DNA of 64,000 nt from Iphione sp. A-MEVVRFRX5 (Eukaryota): NCBI GenBank assembly GCA_976226885.1, contig OZ320315.1, forward strand, positions 84,196,001 through 84,260,000, in the 5' to 3' direction. A program made the position numbers and the translations under genes. Shown here one piece after another: positions 26,765 through 40,700 of the stretch; position 1 is the stretch's first letter; the number at the start of each line of letters is the position of its first letter. The notes under the pieces are model-generated. The model ran no database searches. It worked only from the letters and a program-made list of their open reading frames with translations, and was not told the origin of the DNA.

Positions 26765-29092
26765 GCCTATGGTTATTTTGGTTGGGGTTATGGATGTAGA
26801 TATTTTAGGGGGCCAATTATTTACATATAATGTAATAGGTTGGTTTCAAAAACCCCTTATTATGGGTGGCTGGGGTGTCTATAGCAGGGATTTTTAAATC
26901 CCTTCATAATGCATGCCTTAAGAGACAGCACTGCGACATTTACAGAATATCACTTTATCTTCAATTTATCCACCCAAACTCGGAATCATCACCGAATCGG
27001 CTGTTGCAAGGGTGTACATGTGTAGTTATCTTCATCACTTTATCACCGAAGTCAACTGAGGAGCTTCTTCAGGAGAACATTTTCATTTTAAAAATTTCGA
27101 ATCACAATTCAGGAGGTGAAGCAATCACATCACAGAGTTATACACCCAATGGTAATTATCACGACATGACAGTGTAGAATAATCGAAAAGCAAAAATATA
27201 TACATGTAGGTACAAATGTGTTGATCATGATCAATAAAGCAAGCGGAAAAAGTACCCAGTTGCCTGGTATTGCTAGAACCCCCCCCGGGAGCAGCTACGC
27301 ATTTCAGATTTCACGAATCTAGCCAATGTAACCTTTTCCCAGTATAAACATATCTGATTGAACGAGAAGCGGTGAAAGGATCGGCTTGCAGACATTCAGT
27401 CTAGATCCTATTTAGCCCTCCTGTGGTTTCAGGCGCCATTCCCTCTTATATGCACCTGTCTACCTGCTCGGTTACTTTTGATCTAACTATAGCGTTTGAT
27501 GTAGCCGCCGCCGTACGCTCCAGCTACACAATCTATTGCGGTGCCCTTCTCAATGTATTCCACCCCGCATGGAACATAGACATCAAATCAGTGGATGAAG
27601 AGGAAGTTGGAGCTATGCCATGTCCTCGTGTCATTCATCTCCACGGTATCGCTTAGATCTGTGAGGGCATATAATCTACCCAGCTCAACTTGGGATGAGG
27701 GGTGGGGGGGTGGGGGGCTGAGACTTGGGTGGGTAGGAGGAGGTGTGGTTGGGTGGGGTGCCTGAGTTAGAGGAAGGGGATGGAGGAGCTTCGCTCCGGC
27801 TCGAGTCGGCAGGTGCATGTCGCTGCCTCAGAGCAGGCCATAATGGCTGGTACCCCCTTAATGGTTGACAGTTAAAGTCTTCTAAAGCACGCTCCTCTTG
27901 TTTATCTATAGTAAGCGTATGCGACCTAAAGTCTTTTCATCTCCTTTCCCCTTCACTCCATCCCCTTGTTTCGTTATTTCTTTTTGTTTTTAACAAAAGC
28001 TCACCGAATAGTGAGCGCTTTTACCTATAAACAAATAACGTGGTTCACTCTGAGTTATTTTTCAAAATTAAATTATGTTTATCTTTCAGTATAAGTACCC
28101 AAGCTGCTGCAATGGCTGTGAATTTTAAAATTAAGTGGTCCCCCATTGGTATAATCACGCGGCCTGCTCTGTGGGAGAAGCAATAGCCGTGCCTGTTTGC
28201 TTATTGTTTTAAGATGATTCAGCAGTAAAGCCATCATTTCCATCTACAATGCAAACAGGACCATGCCCAGGGGTACAGACTGACACATCTGAACGCACTT
28301 AAACATGTCGTGTTTGCCTTGAGGAACACGGTCTTGCTTTCACCTCCGCTCCGCCTGCCATTAATGGCAGCACCAAGGTGGCTGCCTGCAAGTATCAGGG
28401 TCGACGAAGGCCTACCCTACCGACGCACTAATTAAACAGCTAAATGTCAAAGGGCCACCGTTCCCAAGCCCGTACCGACGACAGCCAGTGTGCCCATTAC
28501 CCCGACCTATCCTCCAGTAGTCCTTTGGACCAGCAAAGTCATTGCCTTTTCTGATAATTGAAATATAATACAGTAGCTGGGAGGCCCTTTAAGAAGAGTG
28601 CAATGGGTGCTCCAGCGTAGCTGGCTTCAGGTAGACCAGCAGTCATTTTCTCCGCGTCCAATACGGCAGTTAAGTTGGGTGACAGTGTACTGGCGGCAGG
28701 TATTCCTCTATTAGACGGAAGCCTCGTTCACACGGACAGGTCATGCGGGTCATTTCATTCATTCCGGCCGACTGGTCACCCATAGTTCGGGCTGAGGCGG
28801 TAAATGGGAATCGATTGGTCGAGGAGAGGCATGATCCACCACTAAAACACACACATGTGAGGGGCAAGGAAAAGTGGGATGATAAAAAACATTATATGTG
28901 TGAACCGCCATGGAATATAGAAACATGTACATACATAACATGTACAGACTTATAAACAATATATCTTATATATTGTTTTTCTCGCGCAGCTTCAGATGAT
29001 AAGTATAATATAAAAGTACATAAAGTACAATTAGGAAAAATTGGAAATACCCTCTGCTGTACTAGATCAATTATCATTATTTAGTGATACAT

Positions 29093-29096
<4 letters not shown>

Positions 29097-29180
<84 letters not shown>
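29097..29180. repeat. Compound microsatellite (AG)28(AAAG)7
   Basis: Read directly from the sequence. Confidence 0.97.
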
Positions 29181-29181
<1 letters not shown>

Positions 29182-31100
29182 ATTTTATACATCAAAGTGT
29201 ACATTGTCTTTACACCTAATTTCATATATTGTTTTGTCTTTTAAGTTTATTTCATGCGTTAGAGTCAGCCGGTGCTTTCGGATCTGATACACACGAGAGA
29301 AATGAGGATAGAAAGCCATCACTTGGACGACTATTCTCTCACAGAACTGATCAACTGCATTGATCAACGGTTCACCCATTCCGGCGGCATACCCCCGGGT
29401 CTCAGCCCTGTGGTGCTTAACGCCGGCAGAAAGCAACATTCGATCATTCTTGAGCTGCTCCTTCAGAGCTGTTCGCAGGGCTCACAACTAGTCAGGATCG
29501 GAAACGCTTGGTCGACTTCACAAATATCAATCAGGTTCTGTTTTCCTTCCGTTGTGTCTTTGATACAAATGCGGATGAACTCAGAAAGGTCGACAACAAG
29601 GCAGTGATGATTAACATACTTATATAAATCCTGATAATGATTGAGAAGAGATTCACATAGATGGCAATGACCGTCTATACACATACTGTCAATGATCAAG
29701 AGGAAACTCAGAGAGATAGGAGAACTAGGCAATGACAGTTTATGTACATTCTGCCAATGATAAAGAAGAGAACAGGCCAGCGATGATTCATATCCATACG
29801 TTCCTTTTGTCTTTTTGTCTACTCTTGGGAAATATCTATCAGTATAGATGCTAAACATGAAAAGGGCCACTGTGATTAAATTAACGCATGCAATGCATGC
29901 TGTCACATGACAGACCGTCAGGGCTAGAGAAGCACCTGCACCTGTGGTCTCTGGCCTGTTTGCTAATTGCTTATCCGATCATTGCATCAACAGGCCACTC
30001 TCCATGGAGAGGGATACCCTCCATAATCCTCTCCACCAAGTGGACTTTCATTTCTATTGACCAATCGCTTTTGTGACCGTAGTTCCACCCACTGCCATAC
30101 GTCACAGACACATGCTTCTGGCATAGACAAGCTGGAAGTTGTCTAGGTCTTAATCAGTTATCTTAAGTCCTACAAATTAACAAATACAGCATATAATACA
30201 ACCAAACTTACAGTGAGTGATCTTTGGTGTTTTCTCTGTGTATATAATTAAATAAATTTATCTGTAACATTATCAGAGATATTCTAGGGTGCCATTAGCT
30301 TCAATATTAGACATCTTTGTTTTTCTATGCTTTCGATTCCTGCACTCTATGAAAGCTGAACTGTCACTAGCCAATCCAACTGTCATGTCAGAAAAAGTGA
30401 TCGGTCAATTGACTAAGGCTTTTTTCAGTGCAGATGAATAAACAATTTATGTAATCATATCCTTAAAATATACATTCCCAGAAGAAACCATACATTTATA
30501 TATTACATTTCCCTCATTCTCTTCTTGTTAACAGAAAGAGGAGATGCTTAAATCCATGAAAGGTATTCTGGACAATTACAGGGAGTCATTCCGCTCTTTG
30601 ATGTTGTAATAAATAATTCACAGTTAAGACACACTACGTAGAATATACCACAGGCAGCGTTCTTGTATACAGGTACGCTGCCACTCTCATCACTGACAAT
30701 GCTGAGCGCTATTGCATAAACGCTATATTGCCTGACTCTAACAGGTGGCTAAAAGCTTCTACTTCCCGTTTCGGTGTAGTAATGATAATGGCACACACAA
30801 CGAGCCCAGGGATATATTTACCCTAAAGCCAACACAGAAACTACCATAGAGCATACACGCTAAGTGTTTTCTTCTTGGCAGTCTAATGTATGCGAGGCGT
30901 TTAGTGGGTTTCCAGGTGATGATGAGCTACTGACCGCGCTGTTAATGTATTTAAACGGTGCGCTTTATTACAATTGGAACGACTCACTGCGAAATAATTT
31001 GGTCGGTTTGTAATTATGAACAGGAAATGGAGGACGGTCGGCCGCGTAGAGAGGACCGGGGCGGTAGTAAGACTTGTAGTAGCAGAGGCAGCAGACTTAC

Positions 31101-31202
31101 CTGGACGAGTTGGGGTCGGGACAGGAGCAGGGTAAGGTCGGTCCGGTTCTCGGCGAAGAGCCGGATGGCCTGCTCACGACTGTGTACATCCACGCCATTT
31201 AT
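31101..31202 (-). CDS. PDZRN3: PDZRN3/4-like exon, PDZ C-terminal part (INGVDVHSREQAIRLFAENRTDLTLLLSRPQLVQ)
   Basis: Acceptor gttgcctgcag|ATA, donor CAG|gtaagt, 102 nt, phase 0-0. Lies inside track ORF 31014..31544. ING-V pattern follows directly on GDQILQ. Confidence 0.93.
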
Positions 31203-31279
31203 CTGCAGGCAACAGATACAAGAAACATTAGAAAGGCATCCGAAGCGTCGGTTAGCAATGGTTGCTGCTTGTTTGGCAA

Positions 31280-31615
31280 CGTCGCGGGCGACGACGACGA
31301 GGAGGCGGCGAGTGCGTAGGTGCAGGGGAGGTGCTGTGAGAGCAACAACCTGTCCGTGCGCCACCGTGGAGACCGGAGTTGGATGATGATGATGACGGAA
31401 GCGGTGAGAGCTGCTGCCGCCGCTGCCACTGCCGCCGCTGCTGCGGCTGCTGCTGCTGCTGGCGGGCTGGCTGGGTGGTTGGTTGGTGGTGGTGTAGTGG
31501 TGGTGGTGCCACAGCGCGCGCGCTGGGCGCTTGCCCTCATGCAAAGCCCACCTACTGCTGCACTGCCTCCTGCTGCTCCTGTGGCTGCTGCTACTGCTGC
31601 AGCAGCGGCGGCCGC
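31280..31615. repeat. GC-rich mosaic of trinucleotide repeats (GAC, GAT, GCT/GCC, GGT) just upstream, on the gene strand, of the 31202 exon
   Basis: gacgacgacgagg, gatgatgatgatgac, gctgctgccgccgctgcc, ggtggtggtgtagtggtggtggtg, gctgctgctactgctgcagcagcggcggcc. Confidence 0.85.
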
Positions 31616-32337
31616 CTGGTCGGACAGGCGGGCATATACAGCTACTGCACCAATTGCTTCCGCTGGAATTTTGACGGCTACCCTTGAAAACGTGGCCTAC
31701 TTATTACCTACATTACTACATGCACCAGCCGTAAAGAAAACACTTCAAAGGTGAACACAAAAGGTATCAACAACGATGATTAAGCAAACGATACAAGCAA
31801 AAATTCTTCCCAGTATGTCTTTTAAAGAAAAGTGTCCGTGAAACCTTAGGACATGAACAGGTCGTTCCAATATCTGGTCCTTGTTTGTGAGCGATACTCG
31901 CGCTGGTTTATTACAAAGTCAGGGGAATTGCGCCGCTGTATCATCGATAATTTGTGCTTTCTGATGACCCATTTACCAGTTTTTCATCCATACGAGCCCC
32001 GATCAAAATTTAACACTAGCAACGATCGGTTGTCCTGTGTTGCGGACGTGGTTCGGTATTGTAGCAATCCTGATCGCAATGCTTGGACTATACAATGCAT
32101 TGGAAGCATGCTGGCCAGCAAGCTGCAATTCACCTTCTTGCTTAGTCTTGTTATCGATTCATTCGAGAAACAATAGGTTCGATGAAATGTCCTTCATCCA
32201 CCTAAGGCCTGCCAGGATTTGAATCAAGCGCCATTTGTAGGCTGACGAGGCATAGCCCTCCCCCCCCAACCTCCATGTCATCATAGTCCTGGTGCTTTCA
32301 CCCCCACACACATCACCTGCCAGAGGCGGCGGCTTAG

Positions 32338-32523
32338 TGACGTCACGCTAGATTTAACCCTGATCCATACAGGTACGGTAGGGAACCGACCTTGGCACAC
32401 CAAACTTAGAGGCATCTACAATTACCAAGAGGGAAAGGGCGAGCGGCGGGTTGAAAGAAGGTGGTCGAGTAGGAGGTAATCCTTGGCGGTTCCGGCATGT
32501 GGAACCAGGCGGCGTTGACGTCA
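32338..32523. promoter_or_regulatory. Two full CRE palindromes (TGACGTCA) in a GC-rich segment
   Basis: TGACGTCA at 32338-32345 and 32516-32523. Confidence 0.45.
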
Positions 32524-35500
32524 AGATAGCAGCTCCCAACGGCCGGAGCCCATTATTATCTGCCGCCCCTTCCTAGCTCACCTCAGACAGGACGGAGGCT
32601 CTAGTCGATCAATCATCGGGGATGGTCCTCCTCACTGACCACAGCTGTCTGGATCACACAGGCAAGCCTCAAGCGGCAATGTCGTTCTGGGCGACCCACA
32701 GACATATTCATGTGGTGGAAATCAATACCACAAAAGGCCCTTCTCGCCCGCTTTCTTCTAAAAGGCAAATTATCTTACAAATTTCTTCCGACTGAATCTT
32801 TTATCATCGGCTCTGATTATTCCCAGATTATCTGAGAACAGTGCATGTTCTAGTCGTGACTGCCGCATAAGAATGGCATAAAAGTCCAATTATTTGCACA
32901 ATGTTCAGAGTTGAATGTGTCATGCAAGTGGATAATGGACTGAATCTCCAGGAATATTTGTATATTTCGTCATGGGTCAGGCCATACGACCAATTAGATG
33001 TATATCCACAAAGTGTAATCAGAGGCAACTCACATGAATCACGACCAAGGTATGGGAACATATACATGTACATGTATATAAAAAACATCTGCAAAGGTCA
33101 GTTAAAACGAATAAATAACAATCTCAATCTCAATTGTTGTCGTCGCATGCGGCCGTGAATTAAAGATACTGTCGCCGTTAGCCAGCCGTACCCGTGTTGG
33201 TTAGAGACTCTTGAGCTGAATATATTGAGGGCGTGATAAATAAAGGTACCCAATATACTACCACCTCCAGCGTGGGCACCCATGACAGTCCCCCTAATTC
33301 CTATGCAGATACTCACATACCGAGTAAGTGGTCTCTAAGCAGATAAAATGTGAAACAGTCTGTCAGGACATGTGCCAGAATCCTCCGTCGCGGGGCCCAT
33401 ATATTCAGGGCAGGTACACTTATCAGTATATTAGACCATTGCCTAGCACCGGGCCCCTCGGTACTTATATCAAAGGCGGCCTCCTGAGTCTCTTGTTTAG
33501 ATGTGAGAGGGGCTAGCCATAAGCTCACGAGGAGCCGACATCTCAGTCATCGTCCTGACAGCCCCCGCCCTGCTTCTAGGCAGCTCCGCCTATTTACGCT
33601 GATCAATAGCAAAGATGATAATTAATCTTTCCTATTCTAATTGGCGCCATGCTGAGGAAGGCTAACGATCGTCTGCACATGGAATCATTTTCGTATTTTT
33701 TTTCCCTTTCCTCTTTTCCTGCTCTTTTTAACGTTGAGCCGGCGTCATTATCCGCCTATGGGATTCAGAAATTAGAGAGGCCATGATGCTCACCCCAACA
33801 GTTAATCACAGAAGGCTAGATCGCGTTAGTGGCTCTTATCTTAAATATTCATGACTGTATTAGAGTGGGAATTCATTAGGTATATGCCATCTGAAATGAT
33901 AACAAACAACGTATCATATACGACGCTCTCTACTGCGCATGAACGACGCACAATATAATTTCGACCAAAAAATATCCGAATCAAATGATGATTTACTGTA
34001 GAAAATACAAATTCGGCTGACAATTTTACCAACTAACGTTCTTCATAAGCAAACCAGACCCACTTTCATCTTTATTAGAACTGTGTGTATGCCAGGGGGA
34101 CGTTAAACATAAGTAGTATATGACAAGTGGTCGGCGAGGGACAAGCGCGAGACGACTTCTACAAAAGTAAACCTGACCGGTTCCTAACCTGTATCCTAAA
34201 AGAGGTTACACTAATGACCACTGTATTAGGTAGGAGATGGTCACCATTTCAGGCGCCATTTATGAAGCTTTTTGGATGTCTCAGTTCATTGGCTGGAGTC
34301 TAATAAAAATGTAAGTGAACGACCTCTGTGATCAATGCGCTTCTTATTTAAGACGGCCATAAATCTACGGACTCTTTCGTAACGCTCTTCAGGATATTTG
34401 GCAGGCAGGAGTGAAACGTCTACAGACTAATGAGAATCAACACATCTGTGTGCTTTGTGGTCTTCCGACGAACTACAATTTACAAACAGAATGACTCTGC
34501 AGCCCATGGGTGTTAATTCCAGACGCCATCCACATAAAACCTCTAGGTTTTCACTATTACGAGGCGGACGCAGCATGAACTACGTATAGATTAGCTGCAT
34601 TGGCTTAATTGTGGTGTTGAGGCACTCAGTAAAGTGGGTCGGAAGGAGGGTGGGTGGGGGGGGGGCGTGGGAAGGTCTCTTTGCAGGTAGGGTGTGTTCT
34701 TCACTCATTGACCTTAACGGGCCATCGGGTTCTGTCTTTGTTGGAGGCGGCCGTTTCTTTAAAGGGAGGGGCACCACCTCATATGCCGTCTTACGTACGC
34801 TTCTCGTTATACGCCGTCGGTCGTTCCCCTGCGCCGTTATGGCAAAAGCGCGCTCTTTTGAAACAGAATACGTATAAATCACGGGCTGGCCGTCTGTAGT
34901 CGGCCCTTTCGTATGATCGTCGCCTCCTTCCTTCTAACCCGGCCGTTCTTTCCTCTAAGACCTTGGCAGCTAAGGTTGGGCCGGGGCAGCTATAAATCCA
35001 GTTGGGAGGAAAGAACCATGATGGCGGTGGATTGGTTTAACCCTTGATCGCAACAGGAGAGACCCTCTGGTGGAAATTCCACGTTGGCTTCCAACCATGC
35101 TCACTCGTCACATTCTTCATTATATCGCCCTTGATTAAAATAGGTGGCCGGGTTCGAACATGCTGCTTCAATCTACATGGTTCCACATTTTTGGCATACA
35201 AATACTGAGCATGAAAATGACCGCGATCTACTGCAATTGTCGAGAATACCTTCTCGATGTACCACTTAGGCATGAGCGCAAGTCCGGTATATATATCATC
35301 CTTAGGCAAGGAGTTCCAAGACACAAGAAAACATGATGTATCCTAGAACAGTGAGTAAGCTTCCGTGGTCGTTATAAGGGGATGCATTTCGTGCTGGTTG
35401 TGTGAGAACCTTGATCTTAAGAAGGCGGGGAAAACCCACGAAGATTGTCAGACGAATGGTCTGTGACTCTGCCATCAATATAGCGCCTGGTGGAACCGTC

Positions 35501-37686
35501 GACTAGACACTTTACTGTGGGGGCTCGCGTGGAGCATCTGTCATTCAGCGCGGGCCCAGAGGCCATGTAAGGCCGGGCCGCCTGCATTACGCTGTATCTA
35601 TACCATATTTTATAGGGGATAGGGATTTCGACGCAGGCGCCGTCCATATGTGTGTGTGCGCGCTCGACTGGCTACAACTCGCTTTGCCTATAGCACCACG
35701 CCGCGCACCAGCCTCCATCCCCGCTCCCCCCCCCTCCCACCATCACACTCCCTACTCCTCACCGGCAGCGATTCTACGATCGCACAGCAGAAGCCCCCCC
35801 CCCCCCCCGCTCCCCCTCTCATTCTCTCTCTCTCCCTTTCTCAGACATAAAATATTCATCTACCAAGAGGATAATGTCGCCAATTTGAGCCATGGCGGCA
35901 TTTCTTCCTATCTATCCGGTGGTCTCCGCGACCGCCTCCAAATGCTCTCAGATGTGTCGTGTCTTTTAGTATCTCCTCCCGCGCCCTACCTAGGCGCGCC
36001 CACCACGTAGGCAGATCCTCTTTTAGCACGGGGCCTCATCCTTATTCTACCCGCCCTCCCCGCCAGCACTCCCGATCCCTGCCCCTAAACTCCAGATTGG
36101 CTGCCGTCTTGGTTGCCTTCTACAGCGCTTTATAACTGTTATTGGCCGGCAAAATAGGTGTAATTCCAGCCGCTGACTCGTAATTACCTTGGAATAAGGA
36201 GAGGTAAATATGGAGTATCGGGTTTTATGCTGGCGACTTGCGGCGAATATATGTTCTTTAAAACAGGCTTAATTCGTCTCAGACGAATTCAGGCCGCTCG
36301 GACGCGTGATGAATCCCGGCGACTATCCAGTTATTCGGTCGTCAACCAACTACACCAATTGCCACATTTAAGACGGCTTACGTCGATGTAGCAATGGATC
36401 CCGAGGGGACCTTCAAGTGTAGTCTCTACTACGTCGCCATTCTTTGAGCCTATGTAAAGCGACGCTTTTTTTCCAAGGGATTTCAAGCAGGAAAAGTGTC
36501 ATCATCAGCTATGTAGGGACCCATTTCCTGACAAGTAGAAATACGATGAAGCTTGGACGCTAGACCGTCAGACGGAAATAGTCAGCACGTGCGTGCTTAT
36601 TCAAATAATAATTTCAGGCAATCGGCAATTTGTATCAACTTTCATGAATGGCATGGAAAGAGGATTGCCATCTTGATGAAAAAGGGAAGGATTTCAGGAT
36701 TGACAGTATCTCCAATTCTTCTATGCTTGAAACATGAAAACATGGAAACGACGCGCGGGTTTTTAGATATATTAGATGAAACTGGGGGATAATTTGTACT
36801 TTTGTCAGATGATAACGAACAAGAACATTAGTCTCCCTACAATGGACACTGATAAAAGTAGGCGGAAAAAACGCTGGAGCTTATAACAATCGAGATGGCA
36901 GTACTTGGTACATTTAGTACGGATCCAGCTAGCAAGTCACCTGCTACTACTATGGCCAGGAGAAGAGCTGTTGAGTGGGGAAAGGTGCTGGAAGCAAGGG
37001 CAGCTCAACACTATAAATATCTGCCTGGCGCTGGGCCATAACAGGTCTGGGCGGTACAGGGCTGCTGGGCATACTCTTCGCCTTATTAACTTATGTATAT
37101 AAGGCCATAAAATATTCGCATCCCCCTCCATACGATGGTTTTGGTCACTAGTGGCTCACCAGGCGAATGTTGCTATTCTCCCTATTAACAAACACCAAGA
37201 TGGATACCTTTTAAAGCTACGTGGCAGTCTTTAGTGATTCCTGTAAATGAACCTGACGCTTCTTTTCCCCATAAGTCTCTTTAAGCAATCGCACATTTTT
37301 TACATCATGGGTTAAGGACATTGAGCAAATGGCCCGCACGAAAATATTAATAGGTTCGGCATCATCCAATCTGGGGTGAATATCAAAATCACATTTCATA
37401 TCGAATCGATATTGCCTTTCAAAAGACACGAGATGTCGGTGAACGTGCACGTCGGTTCGTATGTCATTGTGTTTCATCAAATGATCCTTAATGGAATGAT
37501 CAGCCGATATTGATTCGCGACTCACAAGTAAGGTTTAGATCAAGTCGCCAGGTAGTTCACCGGGGCCTTGTCATATCGTACCGCCGGAGTCGACATATCA
37601 TTTCTAGACTTGGGAGAGTGCACCGACGACTGACTATAAATAACATTACGGGAGCTGATCACAATGCTAATTCTACTCTGTTTTAC

Positions 37687-37794
37687 CTGCAAGCAGTCCT
37701 CAAGGTCGTCCTCGGCGTCTGACAATCCAATATAATCACGGGCCTTCGATGAATAGTCCTGATGATGGATATTACATAAACATTTTTCTGTCAT
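37687..37794 (-). CDS. Candidate alternative first or cassette exon (MTEKCLCNIHHQDYSSKARDYIGLSDAEDDLEDCLQ)
   Basis: ATG at 37794, 36 codons to donor CAG|gtaaaa (phase 0). Internal acceptor catcatcag|GAC at 37758 gives a 72-nt phase 0-0 cassette. No homology support. Confidence 0.35.
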
Positions 37795-40700
37795 CCCATT
37801 CGAAGACGGGACCCTTTATAGTGTGAAACATAATCCATTCTTTATTACAGACGATGGAACGAAAGTTCTCCTTCTCTATCTTCATTGAAGCACATGTCTA
37901 TTCATATTTCATAAATCGCTCTCCTCATTTTCTTGTTGGGACTTCATTTATTACATTGTACGTCAAAGATGCTGTAAAATTCTATAACTGGAGGATGGTA
38001 TGAATGGTTGACAGAGCTTAGAGTGTCACATACACTCTGTGGCTAATAGAGGCATTGACTCTATATCATGAGGGTGGGGGTTGAGGCTTTTCCTAGTAAA
38101 TTAATTTCCCGTATACACACATACATATACATGAAGAGACCTGTGGTAACTTGTTATACACAAACGTAAGGGATTTTGGGCCATAAGTTACAGGTTCTAT
38201 ACATGCATATGCACTTAATAGAAGCCTTTCCTATTACCTTCACATAGGTATATGTGATGGGCCTACGGGCCTTTGATCATAGATAATCAGGTACGTGTAA
38301 GTGTTAGGTACATTTCCTAATAGGCATTTGCAGGTATTAAAGAGGGACCTTTGGTTAGGGGTAACTGTTATGTGAACACCGAAATGGGGGGGGGATTCTG
38401 GTAATAGAATCATATACTATACACACAGTGTATATGTATATATGTGCGTGATCTTTAGCAGTATGTCATTGTGTTTCATCAGGACCTTTTCATAGAGATA
38501 CACGTATGTGAAAAATACATGTGTGAGGTGTTTCCTAATAGATGCATATAGGACACATTTGGTCGAAGGCATACTTACTATCTACACCCAAAGAAAAAAT
38601 CTTTCATCACGGATACATATATTATATGGATGAGTGTGGGGGATGTCTCTTAATAGGTACATGTAGGCATATGTGAAGGACCTTTGACAGATACATTTAC
38701 TTCACACATAAATACATAGCAGCATGTTTTAATAGTGGGTCACGTACATGTACTTATGCCTACATGTACATGTACATGTACTAGGTAGGCTTATATGACG
38801 GGCCTTTTCCCTAATGCATACACTGGGTGGGACATTGGCAATGGATACATGCACTCTGTAAACGGAAATGTGACTCCGGAGAGCAGCCTTTGATGAGGAT
38901 ATTTCACTCAAGTGAGTCACTATATCTATTAACAGGGCGCAATGAGCCCAGCTCTGCGCAGACTATGGAAGGGCCTACAGAGATCAGTGGCTAGGAGACG
39001 AAGCTCCCCAAAGGCACGTGGGCCGCTGCGGTCAGGACTGGTTTACATGTTAAAAATGCATGACAACTTGTGATGGATCATGTGACTGCTGATCCTTACA
39101 CCGCAGGGGAGACGGGTACGTTACTTCTCACCCTCCTCTCCCCCGGAGATTATGGGCGCCGGACCATAAGGTACAGGAGAGCAGATCATATGGCTTTAAT
39201 ACACTTTTAGTACATCCGCATTATTTACAGGCAGTCATCGCTTCTCATCTTCGTCATTTTGCGCGCATATTAAATCCTCGGCGGAACATGTCCAGAGACA
39301 ACACGGGGAGGTATATATTACTCACGAAAGGTGTCGCTTTCTGTGTATTTTATTACATGATTTTGATCACATGTCAATATGTATCCAGTTACCGTTCCGG
39401 CTTTGTGCTGCTTTGCCGTCTAAATTTGTCATATTATCGTTTCGGAACGTTTTATATCGCCGGAAATTCAGAGTCCAAATACAGATGTACAGTAGCAAGC
39501 TTTATGGCTGAGTAATAAAAAAATGAAGCTATGGTTGCTATATTAAGCCCAGACAGCATTCTTCTGTTTCAGTTCAAGTAGACCCACCCCCAACAACGAG
39601 TTTGCAGGCCGGGTGGGGTGTCCTATTTGCTCATTACCATACCGGAGGGCGCGGTATAGCCCGTGAGCAGATCCATCTACTCGCGAGTTGCTCGCGGAAC
39701 AAAACCGGCCACAAAAGTCACTGGCCTTGGGGCCACCAAAGAACCCTTCGCTCCCGAAAAATAATTGAATATTGATGAAGAACGAAGTGGGTTCTTTTGT
39801 GGGATCTAACTGGAGGACGCTAAACCGAGGGACCATACGGTTAGGCCTGTTTAATTAGCATAAGCGTGCTGGTAATCACTCATACAAAAATTTTCGACCC
39901 ACCAGGCCCTCCGGGGGCCCAAGCGTTAACACCGCCGTAATGGAGCACGCCGTGCGCGTCGCTTCGACGTGCGACCCGCGTGTTAAGTTCGGTAATTTAT
40001 CAACAGTTTTGTAAATACAGGATTGGAATAATTTTGTTGCTATAACAACCAATTTACGGTTCCTGGAGGGAGGAGGGGAAGCGGGGGGGGAGGCAAAACA
40101 AGCATGACAGCCGGGGGGGGGGGGGATGCATGCCCGTCCGCTTCTCCATTGTATATGGGGCAATAAATGCATACTTGCATGCACCACATGTGTCATTCAT
40201 AAAACGTCTCAGTCGCCGCCCTAATGCATGAAAGGACATTGCGGCCGGAGCCCCAGTATATTTTGATTACGCGTAAGGCAACTGTGCAGCCTGGCGCATA
40301 GTTCACATCGCGCCGCCGTGAGCTCCAAAGCATTCAACACAGCTTTTCAACTGAGGAGACCTCTCCAGCTTCTCCTTTGATCCACTGGAGATGGGCCTAC
40401 CAAAAAGAGGGGCGCTGCATGTCATATGCCTGATACCGACTTGGATTGCGTCAGCGCTGCGAACGCCTTTTAACGTTATCATGCCTTGCGCGCGCCATGT
40501 GGAGTGATTTATGCAAATTTAATACCGTCCCGACTCGAGTGGAATTCCTTTAACGACTCAAAGCCATCCGAGACGTACATCGCCATTTTCATTTATCTCA
40601 CATTCAAAGGGAAACACGGCGGGCGGAATGTTTAATCTTTCTCCACTCTTGAATTTTTCGAATCGTACTATGACTCGCCGTTCCAATTCGATCACGCGTC

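Noticed and set aside
29041-29287. ORFs with ERERER/RERERE runs
   Set aside because: Translation of the (AG)n(AAAG)n microsatellite.
8917-34885. Exact 13-mer TATAAATCACGGG at 8917 and 34873 (contains a Pbx/Hox-like TGATTTAT)
   Set aside because: Dozens of shared 13-mers are expected by chance in 64 kb, and the flanks do not align.
37217-37525. 102-aa minus-strand ORF, possible transposon fragment
   Set aside because: No DDE, RT or zinc-finger motif recognised; within chance expectation.
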